Position numbers and translations under genes: made by a program
Origin: Lama guanicoe
Lineage: Eukaryota
DNA: 64,000 nt
NCBI GenBank assembly: GCA_013239625.1
Contig: MU053629.1
Coordinates: 3,437,567-3,501,566 of the forward strand
Direction of reading: 5' to 3'
Notes under the pieces: generated by a model
The model's database searches: none
Seen by the model: the letters and a program-made list of their open reading frames with translations, nothing else
Told to the model about the DNA's origin: nothing
Shown: positions 13,101 to 25,170 of the stretch, one piece after another
How positions within the stretch are numbered: the stretch's first letter is position 1
Layout: every line of letters begins with the position of its first letter

Positions 13101-13869
13101 CAGCGCCAGCAGGCGTGGCTGAAGTAAATGATAGTGTAACCCTTGCTGCCCGAAACAACAACATCATAACTGTCAGAGCAATTTTCCACCTCAGCAGTTT
13201 AACACCTGAACTGTTGCTGCACTCCGTGCCCCCCGCCCTGCGCGCTCCTGCTCTCCGTCTCGCTGCGCTCAAAGTCAGCCTCGCTAGAAGCCATCTCTTC
13301 CGGAGCCGGGGACGAACAATCTTTGCCCCGAAGAGCCAAGGGGCTGCGGAATTCATCAGCACACGGGGTCTTCAGAGAAGAGGGGAAAGGGAACAGGCTC
13401 AAATTCCTGATCCACCTGTCAACATCTGGGTTATAAATAACCCAGGGATTTAACAGGGAGCCCACCGTTAGGCTGCCTGTGACTCCCTGCCATGAAGATG
13501 CAGTTATTAATTTTTATTTACTGGGATCATATTTATTTTCCTAGGGTGAGAAGCAAAGCGCTGGAGGGATGTGAGAGACAGAGGCAGCTCTAAAATGCCA
13601 CCTGTCTGTTAGGGACTCTGTGGGAGAGAGACACACACAAGGGGGTGACAGTCAAAATCTTTAACAACTGGTAGAGGAACTGACCAATCGCCGTCCCATT
13701 GGGCCAGGAGATACCCCTTCAAGTTGATGGATCTTGGTGTGGTCTCAGTGAGGGCAGGTCTAAAGGAGAGCCTGGGGTGGCCGAGAAGCAGCCTCGGGGG
13801 ACCTGAGGAAGCAGCCCAGCTGTTTACCAACCAGTATGGAAGCAGTTCAATAATTTAACAACCATCTCC

Positions 13870-13870
<1 letters not shown>

Positions 13871-13914
<44 letters not shown>
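13871..13914. repeat. (TC)12(AC)10 compound microsatellite
   Basis: Directly visible. Confidence 0.97.
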
Positions 13915-14029
13915 CTTCCTTTCCTGATTACTCCAGCAGAAGCTCCCTGTCTTTCCCCAGGGAACCAACAAGTTCTCTGACAGCCAACAAGATCCCCTTC
14001 AGGGAAAACCAAGGGCCAAAGTAGAATCA

Positions 14030-14112
14030 CAGAGCAGGATGTTAGAGCTGAAAGCGGTCATTGAGGTGATCTTGTCCAGCGCTTGGGTTGGCAGATGTGG
14101 AAACTGAGGCTG
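14030..14112 (-). mobile_element. MIR/MIR3 fragment
   Basis: gatgttagagctgaaag...cagatgtggaaactgaggc. Confidence 0.6.
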
Positions 14113-14489
14113 CTCACGATCACCTAGGACAAAAAGGCAGGGCCTGTTGGGACCCTGGCTCAGCCAGTGCCCACTCTGCTGGCTCTGTCATCAGAGCATT
14201 TGCAGCCATCAGGTGGGTGGTGCACACGCAGTGATGCCACCCCTTTTTCGGTAAGACCTCACAGGGAGGACATGGAGGAAGAGCTCCTTGGCTGAAGAAT
14301 TTGCCCCCCTCTGCCTTGGGGCGAGGGCAGGGGGAGTGGGGCAGGGAAGAGGTTGGGAAGACCCTAAGATACTGGACTCTGTGAGCCTGGGAAGAAAGCA
14401 CACCCCAAACTCAGGATGTGAGGCAGAGGGTTAAGGGGTCAGGAGTCAGATACTCACACCCTTGCTAATTTCCTCCAGTCCCATGGCGC

Positions 14490-14870
14490 TAAGCAGCATC
14501 TACTAGACACAGATCACTCCCTCGTTTATCATTTCAGCATGGGCTTTGCCCAGGAACTCCCAACTTGTGTCTCCACTTTTTCTCTCAGTCTCTAATCTCA
14601 ACGTCTAGAAGACAGCTCAAACGTAACACACCCCAAACCTGATCTCTCCCCCAAACCTGCCTTCCCACGGCCGTCTCCATTTCAGTGGCTCAAGACAACA
14701 AACTTAAGAGCCATCCTAGATTCTTCTCTTTCCCTCACCCTACCTCTCAGCAAAGTCTCTTGGCTCTACCTTCAAAATGTCCCCCAAATCTGGTTCCTTC
14801 TCCCCACCTCCACTGCTCCCACCCTGGTCCCTGCCACATCATCTCCCACCTTTTTCCTTTTATGTCAGAT
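14490..14870 (+). mobile_element. L2 LINE fragment
   Basis: catcctagattcttctctttccctcacc...cagcaaagtctcttggctctaccttcaaaat, typical of L2. Confidence 0.7.
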
Positions 14871-16453
14871 GAACTTAGTGTGTAATGCAGGTTCTCAACT
14901 AAATGAGGTTTAATGTGACCAAAAGGATTAATTGATTTTCTATGCGATACAGAAAACAAGACCCTGTGTAAACAGTACAAATGTATGTATATATTTAAAA
15001 CAAAACGAAACAAAACAAAAACGGGTCTCCCTGTTTCCACCCTTGCCTTTGACTCGCTTTCATGGTGATCACAGCTCTTCTGAGAAAATAGTGGGGGAAG
15101 GAGATGGTGCCCCAGGGTGGCACCCACCCACCAAGCCAGGACTTGCCTCCTCCCGCCTGGGACCCTGTGCGGAAGCTGCTGGCTCAGTCGTCAGGGAAGG
15201 AAGGGTTCACGGATCCAGGGGTCTTGATGCCTCCGCCTGCATTTGGGGACATATCTGGTCCCAGAGTCTCCCAGCCGAAAGGGAGCTCAGAGGCCCTGAG
15301 CTGACTGGGTCTCCCCCTCACAAGCAGCCCTGGGAGGCACCCAGCAGCCTCGGCCCGGACACCTCTACCGCCAGGATCTCCCACGCCCCCGCCGGTTCTG
15401 ATTGCTCCCAGCACCATCCCACACACTGGCTCCACGGAGTGCTTACGATGGAACCTCAGGCTCCTTCTCGCCACACGGCCTCCGCAGAGGGCCTCAAGCT
15501 GCAGAGTCAAGTTGTGAGTCACTGGTTCCACTTGCCCCCTTCAGGAAGCCTCACCTTGCATGACCCAGGCCTCCCGCAGAGGCAGACACACGTGGTGGCC
15601 TGGGCTGGGCCCTGGGCTCTGCCACCTCTCCCTGGGTCAGGCCAGGGCAGAGCTGCCCCCGAGAGGAGGGAGAAGAGATGCTCCTCGTCCCTGTCCCCTT
15701 CCAGTTCCCTCTGCTTCCATGCACCCGGCTATTGAGCAAAACAGGAGATTCAAGTCTTCCCTGGTCTAAGATGCTCACCGCAGGCCTACCAGCCTCCAGG
15801 CCTGAGCCTGAGCCCCCATCTGTCAAAGTCAGGGCATCTCAGAATGGCTGGTGTCCAGGCCGAGAGAATTCACCATCACTTTCCAGTTCCCTCTGGCCCC
15901 AAAGAGGAGAGCTCAGCAAGTACAAATGCTTGGCAGGGTCACCGAGCCAGGGCCAGACCCCTGAGAGCCCCAGCCCGCCCCTTCCCACGAGGCCTCAGAG
16001 CTGTGGGTCAGGTGCTCCAGCGTGAGCTCCCGCACCTCAAGGCTCCCACCCCTGCCACGCACCACGCGCCACACGCCAGGGGGAAGCCAGGGCCCCGTGG
16101 CTGTGGTGAAGTCCTTTCACCTCCCTGGGCCTCACAACTCCCCATCTGTGGAAAGGGTGCCAACGCCTCGCTCACAAATTTCAGAAGGGAATCAGTGGGA
16201 TTGAAGATGTGCTAGAGGCCATCAGCTCCCGGAGCCACCCCATCCACTCTCCGCTTTCCCGATCATAACTGGTAGAATGGCATTAATCCTTGGATGAGGG
16301 AAAAAAAACCAAAAAAATTTTGCTTTAATTAGCGAATGAAGGAATGCATGTGAAAAATAAAATAAAAATCAAAGGTTAAAATTAAAAATAAGATAAAAAT
16401 AAAAGACTAAAGAAAGATCCTTTTAAAGATCTGGAATAAAAAAATAAAAAAGT

Positions 16454-16580
16454 GGGGGTGGGGGTGTAGCTCAGTAGTAGAGCACATGCTTAGCATGCAT
16501 GAGGTCCCAGGTTCAATCCTCAGTACTGCCATTAAAAAGAGAGAAAGAGAGAGAGAGAGGGAGGGAGGGAGGAAGGAAGA
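16454..16580 (+). mobile_element. tRNA-Ala-derived SINE (camelid vic-1 type)
   Basis: ggggtgtagctcagtagtagagcacatgcttagcatgcatgaggtcccaggttcaatcc with A/B boxes, followed by an A/GA-rich tail; no clear TSD. Confidence 0.9.
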
Positions 16581-18194
16581 AGCGCACGCGTCCTATCCCA
16601 CCACCATCACCTCACACAACCCACGTGTCTGTTACAGATGTGACAAGAGCCCACCGGTGGACCCCACCAATCTGGCTTCAGGGAATCAACTCAGGTTGGG
16701 GAGGGGCACCTACTACACACAGGGCTTTGTGGCAGGTGCTCCCTCCGGCCCCACCAGCAACGCCACCCACCGCCCTACAGCAGCACTGGGTCCGGAATCT
16801 CCTGCCATCTTTGTCCCTGCACTAATGTCACTAAGGGAGGACATTGTTGGAAGCACTTAAGCAGGACTGCCAGCCCCCTAGCACCTGTCCTGCAGACGCC
16901 TGACAGAGGAAGATAAATGTATTTATAATATACAGCAAAGTGAATAACAAAGAATTTATAGAGTTGTCTCTGACAAAGCTGACAAGCCGGGGCTGGCAGC
17001 TTTAATCAGTCCCCAGCTGAGCCCAGGAAATCTACAGGAGCACAGCTCTGACCTTTTGGGCCGATTTTTAAAGAGAAGGTTAAAGTTCTGCTGCAAAGTA
17101 ATTTTTTTTTTTAATTTTAGATGAAAGAAGGGTGTGAGGTTGTATACACGCCAACCTCCGAGGTGGTAATGAGAACACGGGAACAGGATTTTATTTTAAA
17201 TTAATCCCCAGATGCCCCTCCTGCAGTCGCCCCTCTGAAATGTTTTGCTCTCCGGGTGAGACACGGCGTTTCCCATTTGTCTGATGAAACGCTCGCTTGC
17301 GTGATCGACTTGCAAATGGGCTGAAAATGAGTGTGGCTGCAGATTCCAAAGATTCATTTTTGATAAATACATTGCCGGAAAGCGGACTAAATATTTAAAA
17401 GGTCACTTTTAAGTCTTGCATCATTTTCACTCCACTAACCAGAGGGCTGTTGGGAGCATTCATGAGTCCCGGGTTGGTGTCACCCCCGGGGTGTTCCTCT
17501 TCTCAGGTGCAGAGCCAACAGTCAGAAGCTTCGGGTAGAGGGCTAATGAAATTCGGTTTAACTGCAGCCAACCATTTAAAGTTCTCCAAAGGCAGGCTTC
17601 ATGTAAACACAGCCCTCTCCTCCCGTCAGATGGAAACATCTGGACCCCGCCTCCAAGCAGCTTCCTCAAAGCCTGCCCACTCTGCCCTGGGGCTGAGAAC
17701 AGAACCGGGCACCAGGTTCCGGCAACAGCTGCTTGCCTTGGGCACAGATGGCCCTTTGCACCCTCCTCTGGATCGGGCTGCCTGTGGAAACACCTGGGGC
17801 AGCTAGGGGAGGAAAGGAGATTTTAGAAGATACAGTTTCCTGGGTCCCCTCCCAGCCCCACTGAATACACTCTCCACGGATGGAGCCCAGGAAGCTGAAT
17901 CCTTGAAAGCTTCTCCCAGGTCCTAATTAGCAGCGCAGGGGAGCGCGGGCCTGCTCAGCCTTGAGAAGGTAAACAGTAGAAATAGCCCTGTTCCTCAAAC
18001 ATTTCCTTCGCCTTCAGGTGCCTGAAACTCCACCTTCGAGAGAAGCACATTTCTGTAGCATCCCCCACTCAAGGATGAACACGCATCCTAAAACAGGCCA
18101 GGCGACCAGCTCCAGCTACAACTTAAATATGTGGCTTCTGAACTCGGAGTTTTCAGACAAGCCTAGACATGGCATCTCTTTCTACATGCCCTTA

Positions 18195-19320
18195 ACAGAA
18201 TGGAAAAAAATATTTCTGATACCATATACCTGATAAGGGGCTAATATTCAAAGTATGTAAAGAACTCATACAACTCAAGAGTGAAAAAAAAACCCAAATA
18301 ATTCGATTTAAAAACAGGCAAAGGAATTAAATAGATATTTTTCCAAAGGAAACATCCCAGTGGCCAACAGATACATAAAAAGATGCTCAGCATCACTAGT
18401 CGCTGGGAAATGCAAATCAAAACCACAATGGGCAGTCACCTTGCACCTGTTGGAAGGGCTGTCATCAAAAAAACAAGGGATAACAGGAGTTGGTGAGGAG
18501 GTGGAGAAAAGGGAGCCCTCCCGCACTGTTGGTGGGAATGCAAATTGGGAGAGCCACTATGGAAAACAGTACGGATGTTCCTCAAAAAATTAAAAATAGA
18601 GTTACCATATGATTCAGCAACTCTACTTCCAGATATTTACCCAAAAGAAACAAAATCATTATCTCATAAAACTACCTGCCGCCCATATGCATTGCAGCAC
18701 TATTGACAATAGCCAAGACAACATGGAAACAACCTAACTGTCCATCAACAGATGCCTGGAGAAAGAAAATGTGACCTGTATCTATATGTATATATAATGG
18801 AATGTTATTCAGCCAGAAAAAGGAGAGACTGTTATTTGCAACAACATGGACAAACCTGGAGAGCATTAAGTTAAATGAAATAAGTCAGACAGAGAAAAGA
18901 CAAATACTGTATGATCTCATTTATATGGGGAACCTAAAAAAGCCAGGCTCATAGAAATAGAGAGAAGAATGATGGTTGCCAGGGACTAGGGGGCTGGGGG
19001 TGGAAAATGGGGAGATAGTCAAAAAATACCAACTTCCAGTTATAAGTCGAATCAGTTCTGGGGAACTACAGTACAGCATGGTGACTATAGTTAACAATAT
19101 TGTATTGTATATTTAAAGTTGCTAAGAGAGTCAATCTTAAAGGATTTCAACACACACACACATACATAGAGGTAATTATGTAAGATGATGGAAGTATTAA
19201 CTAACCTTATTGCAGTAATCATTTCACAGTATAAAAATCTTCAAATCATGTGTATCAAATCATCACACTGTACACCTTCAACTCACACAATGTTACATGT
19301 CAGTCAAAGCTGGGAAAAAG
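18195..19320 (+). mobile_element. 5'-truncated L1 (L1MA9-like): ORF2 C-terminus plus 3'UTR
   Basis: ORF track MANRYIKRCSASL.. is L1 ORF2-like; typical 3'UTR; possible TSD atgccctta at 18186-18194 and 19326-19334. Confidence 0.92.
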
Positions 19321-19449
19321 TCTCAATGCCCTTACTCCTAATGAAAATATTTTAAGTTGTTGTTTACACCTAAATCTGAGTGAGGATGGAATTTTTTCTT
19401 TGCGAGTTGATTTTCTTGCCAACTTTCCACGTGCCTAAACTTGGCTTGA

Positions 19450-19670
19450 GCAATAATGATTCTAAGTCTGTCAGGTTTATGAGACCTTTTCATGGGTATG
19501 ATTTCATTGGACTTCACACAATCCTCTTGCAGTTGCGACTGCCTCCTTTCTAGATGAGAAAACTGAGGGTCAGAGAGTTTAACAGATTTGCTCCAAGACC
19601 TTCGGCCAGCAAGTGCTACAACCAGGAAAAGAACTTGGGCTGTGGGACCAGTGGCCCATGCCCTTTCCAC
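19450..19670 (-). mobile_element. MIR SINE
   Basis: tagatgagaaaactgagggtcagagagtttaacagatttgctccaag. Confidence 0.75.
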
Positions 19671-20024
19671 AGCAAGGAACATTTCTCCCTAGATGCAGGA
19701 AACTACCCTATAATACTCCAGCCCAGTGATTACAAAGTGTCTGCTTGAACATCACCAGGGAAGGGGGCACTCTGTTTCCTGGGGCTGGTCCAACCCTCCT
19801 ACATTCTCTAAGGCAGGGAGCCCAGGAGAGCATCAGCTCTGAGTTGGCAGTGAGGGCAGCGATGGGCTGGTGAATTAGTGACTCATCCAATGTCTAGTGG
19901 GTCCCACCTTCCATCTGATGGCACATATGGTGCCCATCCGGAAACACTTTTCTGCCCATCCTCCACCCCAGAGCTGTGCCCAGGAGTCCCAGAGCCCAAG
20001 GAAGGATCAGGAACCCCAGGAAAG

Positions 20025-20202
20025 GGGAGGTGGTATATAGTTTGGTGGTAGAGGGTGTGCTTGGCATGCATGAGGTCCTAGGTTCAATCCCCAGTACCTC
20101 CATTAAAATAAATAAATAAATATAAATAAATAAATCTAATTACCTCCCCCACAAAAGAATTTTTAAAAAATAAAATAAAAAATTTTTAAAAATTATTAAA
20201 AA
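20025..20202 (+). mobile_element. tRNA-Ala-derived SINE (vic-1 type) with TSD
   Basis: tRNA-like head, (AAAT)n, taattacctccccc, A-rich tail; perfect 14-bp TSD gaaccccaggaaag at 20011-20024 and 20203-20216. Confidence 0.95.
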
Positions 20203-20779
20203 GAACCCCAGGAAAGAATGACCCACCCCCCACCCTCAGGTTGGGGCCATTTAAGAAGCTTTGAATCCACTGTTTTGGAGTGTGGAGGGGAAATCCTTTC
20301 CAGCGCTCTGACTGGATCCACAACTGTGGTCACTCTAGACACACCTTCTGTACAATCCAGCTGCCATTCTCCACCCCAGCTGGACCCTAAGTGACCTCAC
20401 GGCACATGGGAGGACAGGAAGGGGAAGAGTCAGGCCTGAGCACTGATACCAGAGGGCCCACGATGACAGCTATGCCAGACCATGGGGACAGACCTTGGGA
20501 CACAGGCCTTGGTGCGTGGTACACTCGGGGGAACTTTCGGGAAGTAGAGTGTGAAGAGACAGGGGAGAGCGATGGGGGAAAGCTTTGGTGGGAAGGATTA
20601 TCAGGACCTCACACCTGGGCTGGATTTCAGAGGGCCAGTGAGACCCTAGAAGAGAAGAGGGCCACCATGACTGGACGCAGCCTCCCTGTAGATGAGGCAC
20701 GTCAAATAAAGTACAATTCTTCCAGATGAGGAAAAGGCAGAAAACAGCATAACAGATCTTCTGAAAGACTTTCACTGTT

Positions 20780-21328
20780 TCTCATGACACAGTCATTCCT
20801 TCTCCAAGTTTTCCTTTGCTAATGGAACTCTCATTTGTTTACATGATAGATGGAGACCCTTTCACCTCAGGAGGAGCACCAGCCCCAAAGGATGAGTTAA
20901 GATTGGTGATCTCATCCCCCTTGGCTAGTGATTGGTGTAAGAGTGGGCACGTGTCACTGTTCTGGTAATAAAGTGTACTGAGAAGTCAGCTAAGGAGAAC
21001 TTTCTTAAATAAAAGGACAAACCCTCCTGAGGAAAAATTCTCCCTCTCTCCCCACTTCCTGCCTGAAACATGCCTGTGATACCTGGGGGTGCAGCAGCCA
21101 CTTTGTCACCATGAGGCAACAAGCCAACATGCAAAGGATGACAGAGTCAGAGGAGATAAAAAGCCTAGGTCTTTAATGGCACTGTGGAACCACTTTGCCA
21201 GCAGCAGACACTCAGTTTCCAGAAATCTTGCTATGTGAGAAATAAATACGTCTATTTGTTTAAAATACTCTAATTGGTGGGGCGGGGATGTCCCTTACTT
21301 GCAGCTGGACTCTGTGCTAACTGATATA
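20780..21328 (+). mobile_element. MaLR solo LTR (MLT1J/K-like)
   Basis: gcagcagccactttgtcaccatgagg, gaaataaa signal, ends ctaactgatata. Confidence 0.75.
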
Positions 21329-21369
21329 ATGGCCATGTAAGATAGAAATATAATTACTGATGTCATGTA

Positions 21370-21790
21370 TTTATTTATTCAACAATATTCATTGAGTACC
21401 TACTATATACCAGTCACTGTCCTGGGCACTAAAAGGGGACACACAAACACACACACAAACTCCTGCACCTAGCAGCACCTATACTCCAGTGGGGAGGAAG
21501 AGGTGATGAAGAAAATAAATAAGTAAATAACATATATGTTACATGGAGCTAAGTGCTATGGCAAAAATTAAGCAGAAACAGGGATATAAAACGCCGGATT
21601 TAGAAGAGAGGGTTGCAACTTGAAATACAGTAGTCTGGAAGACCTCCCTGAAAAAGTAATGTTTGAGCACAGGCTAGAAGGAAGTGAGGGGCAGGTCTGC
21701 AGGCATCAGGGGAGGAATAACCAGGCAGAGGGAAGAGCAGCCTGTGTGCACCGTTGAGGGCCGTAAAGGGCACCAGCATCCTGAGGTCGG
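21370..21790 (-). mobile_element. L2 LINE 3' end
   Basis: ttattcaacaatattcattgagtacctactatataccagtcactgtcctgggcact. Confidence 0.85.
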
Positions 21791-21849
21791 CTTGGGGCAT
21801 TGGTTCACACAGCTCAACACCCTGGCCCTGGCTTCCTCAATTTCTCAAT

Positions 21850-22330
21850 GACTTGAGCAAATATCTACAGCACAGGCTCGTAAGATCCTTGAATAATATG
21901 AAGTCCGACAGAACTGGATGAGGATCTCAAAAGACCTTGACAGGCCGGAGCAGTGGACTGAATGGGAGAGTATGAAATGTAACAGGGATAAATGTCAGGG
22001 GCGGTGCTTCTGATCCAAAACATCAACAGCACAGCCCGAGAAGGGGGAAGAAGACACGGCGGTCACGTGATGGAAGAAAGCCCAGGAGCGGCCCACGGCC
22101 GGAAACGCAACAGAAGGACGCGCTCGCAGGGAAAGCTAACAACACAATCTCCATCTACTTCCTAACAGACATGCTTTAAGTCAGTGTGCTGGCCCCCTTC
22201 TCTCTGCCTGGGTCAGACCCGGGTCTCATGCCGCTAGAGGCTGGGAGTCCAAGCCAAAAAAGACACAGACAAGCTGGAATCCACTCGAGGAAGGGTCTGG
22301 GGGGCAGGAGGCATGGCCACTTGGAAGGAC
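21850..22330 (+). mobile_element. CR1/L3 LINE ORF2 remnant
   Basis: 21927-21998 translates SKDLDRPEQWTEWESMKCNRDKCQ, matching the CR1-type KDLDRLEQWAExNxMKFNRDKC motif. Confidence 0.8.
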
Positions 22331-22440
22331 ACATCCATCCTGTTCCTCACAGACGTTCCGTGAGTGTCTACCACATGCCGATCACTGTTGCTGGGAACAC
22401 AGAAGTGCCCTCACAGACCATCAGACCAGCAATTACACCC

Positions 22441-22690
22441 CCAGTGGTTCTCACACTTTGGAAATCAACCCACGGTAAGAAGGGCAACTTGACGTCATGA
22501 CCAGCTAGAATATGCATATGCATATATGCGTAACAATGAAACAAAACTCCACAAAGCTTTATTTCTCTTCACTACACAGGAGGCAATCTAATCTTGTCCA
22601 TTTTCCTATTTTTAACATGTGAGTTGGGGCCCACTGAACTGATTCTATGACCCCCTCATGGCTTGTCACCAGCAGTAGGGAAAACACTGA
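22441..22690. mobile_element. hAT-Charlie element (MER113-like)
   Basis: Termini cagtggttctca ... gaaaacactg; internal sequence resembles MER113. Confidence 0.6.
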
Positions 22691-22849
22691 GCTACCCCAT
22701 GACAAGTGCCATGATACCGACAAAGAGGGAGCTGAAGGAGCAAAGGCCAGGGGTCAGGGTTCACCACCCTGAGAAGTAAGGTTTGGGTGGAGGCCGGCCA
22801 AGGAGCCAGGAGGTAACTAGACAATTTTTAAAAACAGAACAACCCAGCA

Positions 22850-22982
22850 GTGGTGACAGCTGTATTAACACTGTGAATGTACTTGATGCCACTGAGCTGG
22901 ACCCTTAAAAATGGTTAGTCTGGTCAATTTCGTGTAGTCTGTACTTTACCACAACAAAAACATCATTTAGACTTTAAAAAAG
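22850..22982 (+). mobile_element. L1MB-like 3' end
   Basis: tgtgaatgtacttgatgccactgagctggacccttaaaaatggtta...tttaccacaa. Confidence 0.8.
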
Positions 22983-22989
22983 AGAATGA

Positions 22990-23350
22990 GGATGGTAATC
23001 ACCGTACAGCGTCTAGGACTCCACGCAGCACTGTGACACAAGGCACCACTGCTTCGTGCCACAAGGCATGATGCTGAGCGCAAGGAGCCGACACAGTGTG
23101 ACTGCACTTGGATAAGATCGAGAACAGGTGAAGCCTAGGCCATCGCAACTACAGGTGAGAGTCACCTCCGGGAGGGGAGATGGCACTGACCCGGAAGGGG
23201 CGTGTGTAACCTCGCAGGGTGATAACACGTTCTCTCTCTCCATGTGGGTGGGAGCCGCCCGGGTGTATTCATTTGAAAAAATTCACTGAGCTGCACACTT
23301 AAGATTTAGACACTTCATTGCTTATAAGTTATACCTCAATAGGAGAGGAA
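22990..23350 (+). mobile_element. L1MC/L1ME-like 3' end
   Basis: aaaattcactgagctgcacacttaagatttagacacttcattgcttataagttatacctcaat. Confidence 0.75.
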
Positions 23351-23849
23351 AGAAAGGGAAAGTATTTTTTTAAAGGAAAGGGGGGAAAAAAAAGATGATC
23401 CAATCACTTCTGGGTGGAGGTTAAGTTCAAAAGATATACTCAGTGGGGGAAATACTGCGTATAGTCAAAATTACTCGTGCGAGTCTCTTAGGTCACCCAT
23501 GGAGATTTCTACACGTCGGTGTATACAGCCCTGTAAGATCGTGCTTCCGCACGCTAATGTTTGAAAAATACTAGATTTGATGAAGGCTAGAACAAAAGGA
23601 ACACGGAGCCACAGAGCCACGGATCCATCTTTACAGCAACTGTCACACCAGTGTTGGGGAGCAGGGGAGGGAGGAGCAACCTCGAACACTCTGCCCACCC
23701 ATCCAGGCTTGGTCCATTCTGCTTTAATATTAAGCCATCATATCATGTTTTGTTATACAAAATTGATTTGTCTTTTGTAGTGAGAACTAAAGAGCTGGGT
23801 TCTAGTGGAGAAGTTAAACACAGCCATGACTCTACCGTTGGGTTCTTTC

Positions 23850-24070
23850 TGTTTGGCACCAAGAAGAGAAGTGAGACGAAAACAGTAGGAAGGAGGCTTC
23901 CAGCTTGAGAGAAGAAGGAACTTGTGAGCTGTAGTAGGGGAGCTCTTCAAAGACGGATGGGCTGCTAGGTAGTGAGTTCCCCGTCAGCAGAGGGAATGCA
24001 CAGACTGAACACTCGTCAGACCAGGTGACCCTGGTCATTACTGGCCCCTTCCAGCCTGGAGCTTCTGAGC
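23850..24070 (+). mobile_element. L3/MIR3-type 3' tail
   Basis: gatgggctgctaggtagtgagttccccgtca...ggccccttccagcctggagcttctg. Confidence 0.6.
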
Positions 24071-24240
24071 TGGCCAGATCTCCTGGCTCCCTGTCCTGGG
24101 CACATCCCCCTCAGCTCACAGCTGCCTTGACAATGAGGCGTGGAGCTGGCGAGAGGAACCTGCCAGGAACTCCAGGTGGCTGTCCTAATAGAGGATTGCT
24201 CTGCCGCCCCTGAGGATTTACAGCCTCCCTCCTGAGTTAT

Positions 24241-24300
24241 GGGGAGGCGGGCGGAGCCTATAAAAAGGAGCGGTCCAGGCTGTGCGGTGTACGGGACATC
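24241..24300 (+). promoter_or_regulatory. Candidate TATA-containing Pol II core promoter
   Basis: GC box GGGCGG 24249-24254, BREu-like CGGAGCC 24252-24258, TATAAAAA 24259-24266, YR starts about 30 nt downstream, retained CpGs. Confidence 0.5.
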
Positions 24301-24759
24301 AATCAGCGACAGCCTGACCACTGGAGCAGAGTGAAGATCAGTCTGTTGGTTTCTCACCTATAAATTCTCCCTCCCTGCACAGGAGGAGCAGATGTGTCAT
24401 ATTTAAGAAGAGTTCGTGCCACAGTTTTAATTCCAGGGATGTATGTGGGGGGAGGGAGAGGGAGGAGGAGGCAGCCCTAAATGAGGCCTTGAGCTGGCCT
24501 CACCTCCCACCAGAGCCCCCAAACCCACCTCCCTCCATTCCTATCCCTAAGCAAATAATGCTGGATGAGCAGATGAAAAAGGACCATTAGACTCAGGTCG
24601 GGGACCCAGTGTGGCCTGAACAAGGCTAAAAAAACTAAGGTGAAGCCATGACACCTACTAGATGCTGGGACTGAACACCCTTCCTACATCTTCTACTGTA
24701 GTGCCAGGAAGGACTGAGGTGGGAATGCAATGGATGGACAGAAAAGACCAGAATGCCCT

Positions 24760-24865
24760 GGAGCCAGAGTTGTACTGCACAACTGCGTGGGCACCTTTCA
24801 TACAACTGCCAGTGTGGATGGAATTGTGCAGTGCACAGCCTGGATGGTTGTACAAGGCAGTCCTG
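24760..24865. mobile_element. MER91-like hAT MITE
   Basis: gttgtactgcacaac ... ttgtgcagtgcacagcctggatggttgtacaaggcagtcctg, imperfect palindrome. Confidence 0.6.
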
Positions 24866-24899
24866 CTGGACTCACATCAGAGGTTTTTCTTCTTGAGGG

Positions 24900-25170
24900 T
24901 GGGGCAATGAAGAGAACACAATACCAAGAGTTAGGGAACCTAGGTTCAAGTTCTAGCTTCATCTACGATTTCCCGAGGGCCCTGAGCAAGTGCCTCACTT
25001 CACTGAGCCTTATTTTCCTCACCTGTAAAATGAGGACAATAATTCCTATCCCATTGCATCTTTCTCACCAGGTCTGGCATGTCTCCTGTGGAGCTTTGTG
25101 GAGTTTTGAACAGAGGGCAGCATCTATAGATGACCCTTCCAGGGTTCATTCAGAGCCCAGTCTCAGTTCT
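24900..25170 (+). mobile_element. MIR/MIR3 SINE
   Basis: ctgagcaagtgcctcacttcactgagccttattttcctcacctgtaaaatgaggacaataat. Confidence 0.75.

Noticed and set aside
14932..15735. Longest ORF (267 aa)
   Set aside because: Non-ATG start, GC-driven composition, no recognisable domain
16461..16531. tRNA-Ala(AGC) gene
   Set aside because: Acceptor and T-stem mismatches, A-rich tail and similar copies with TSDs show it is a SINE
17985..18020. Strong plus-strand acceptor catttccttcgccttcag
   Set aside because: No matching downstream donor before the L1 and no other support
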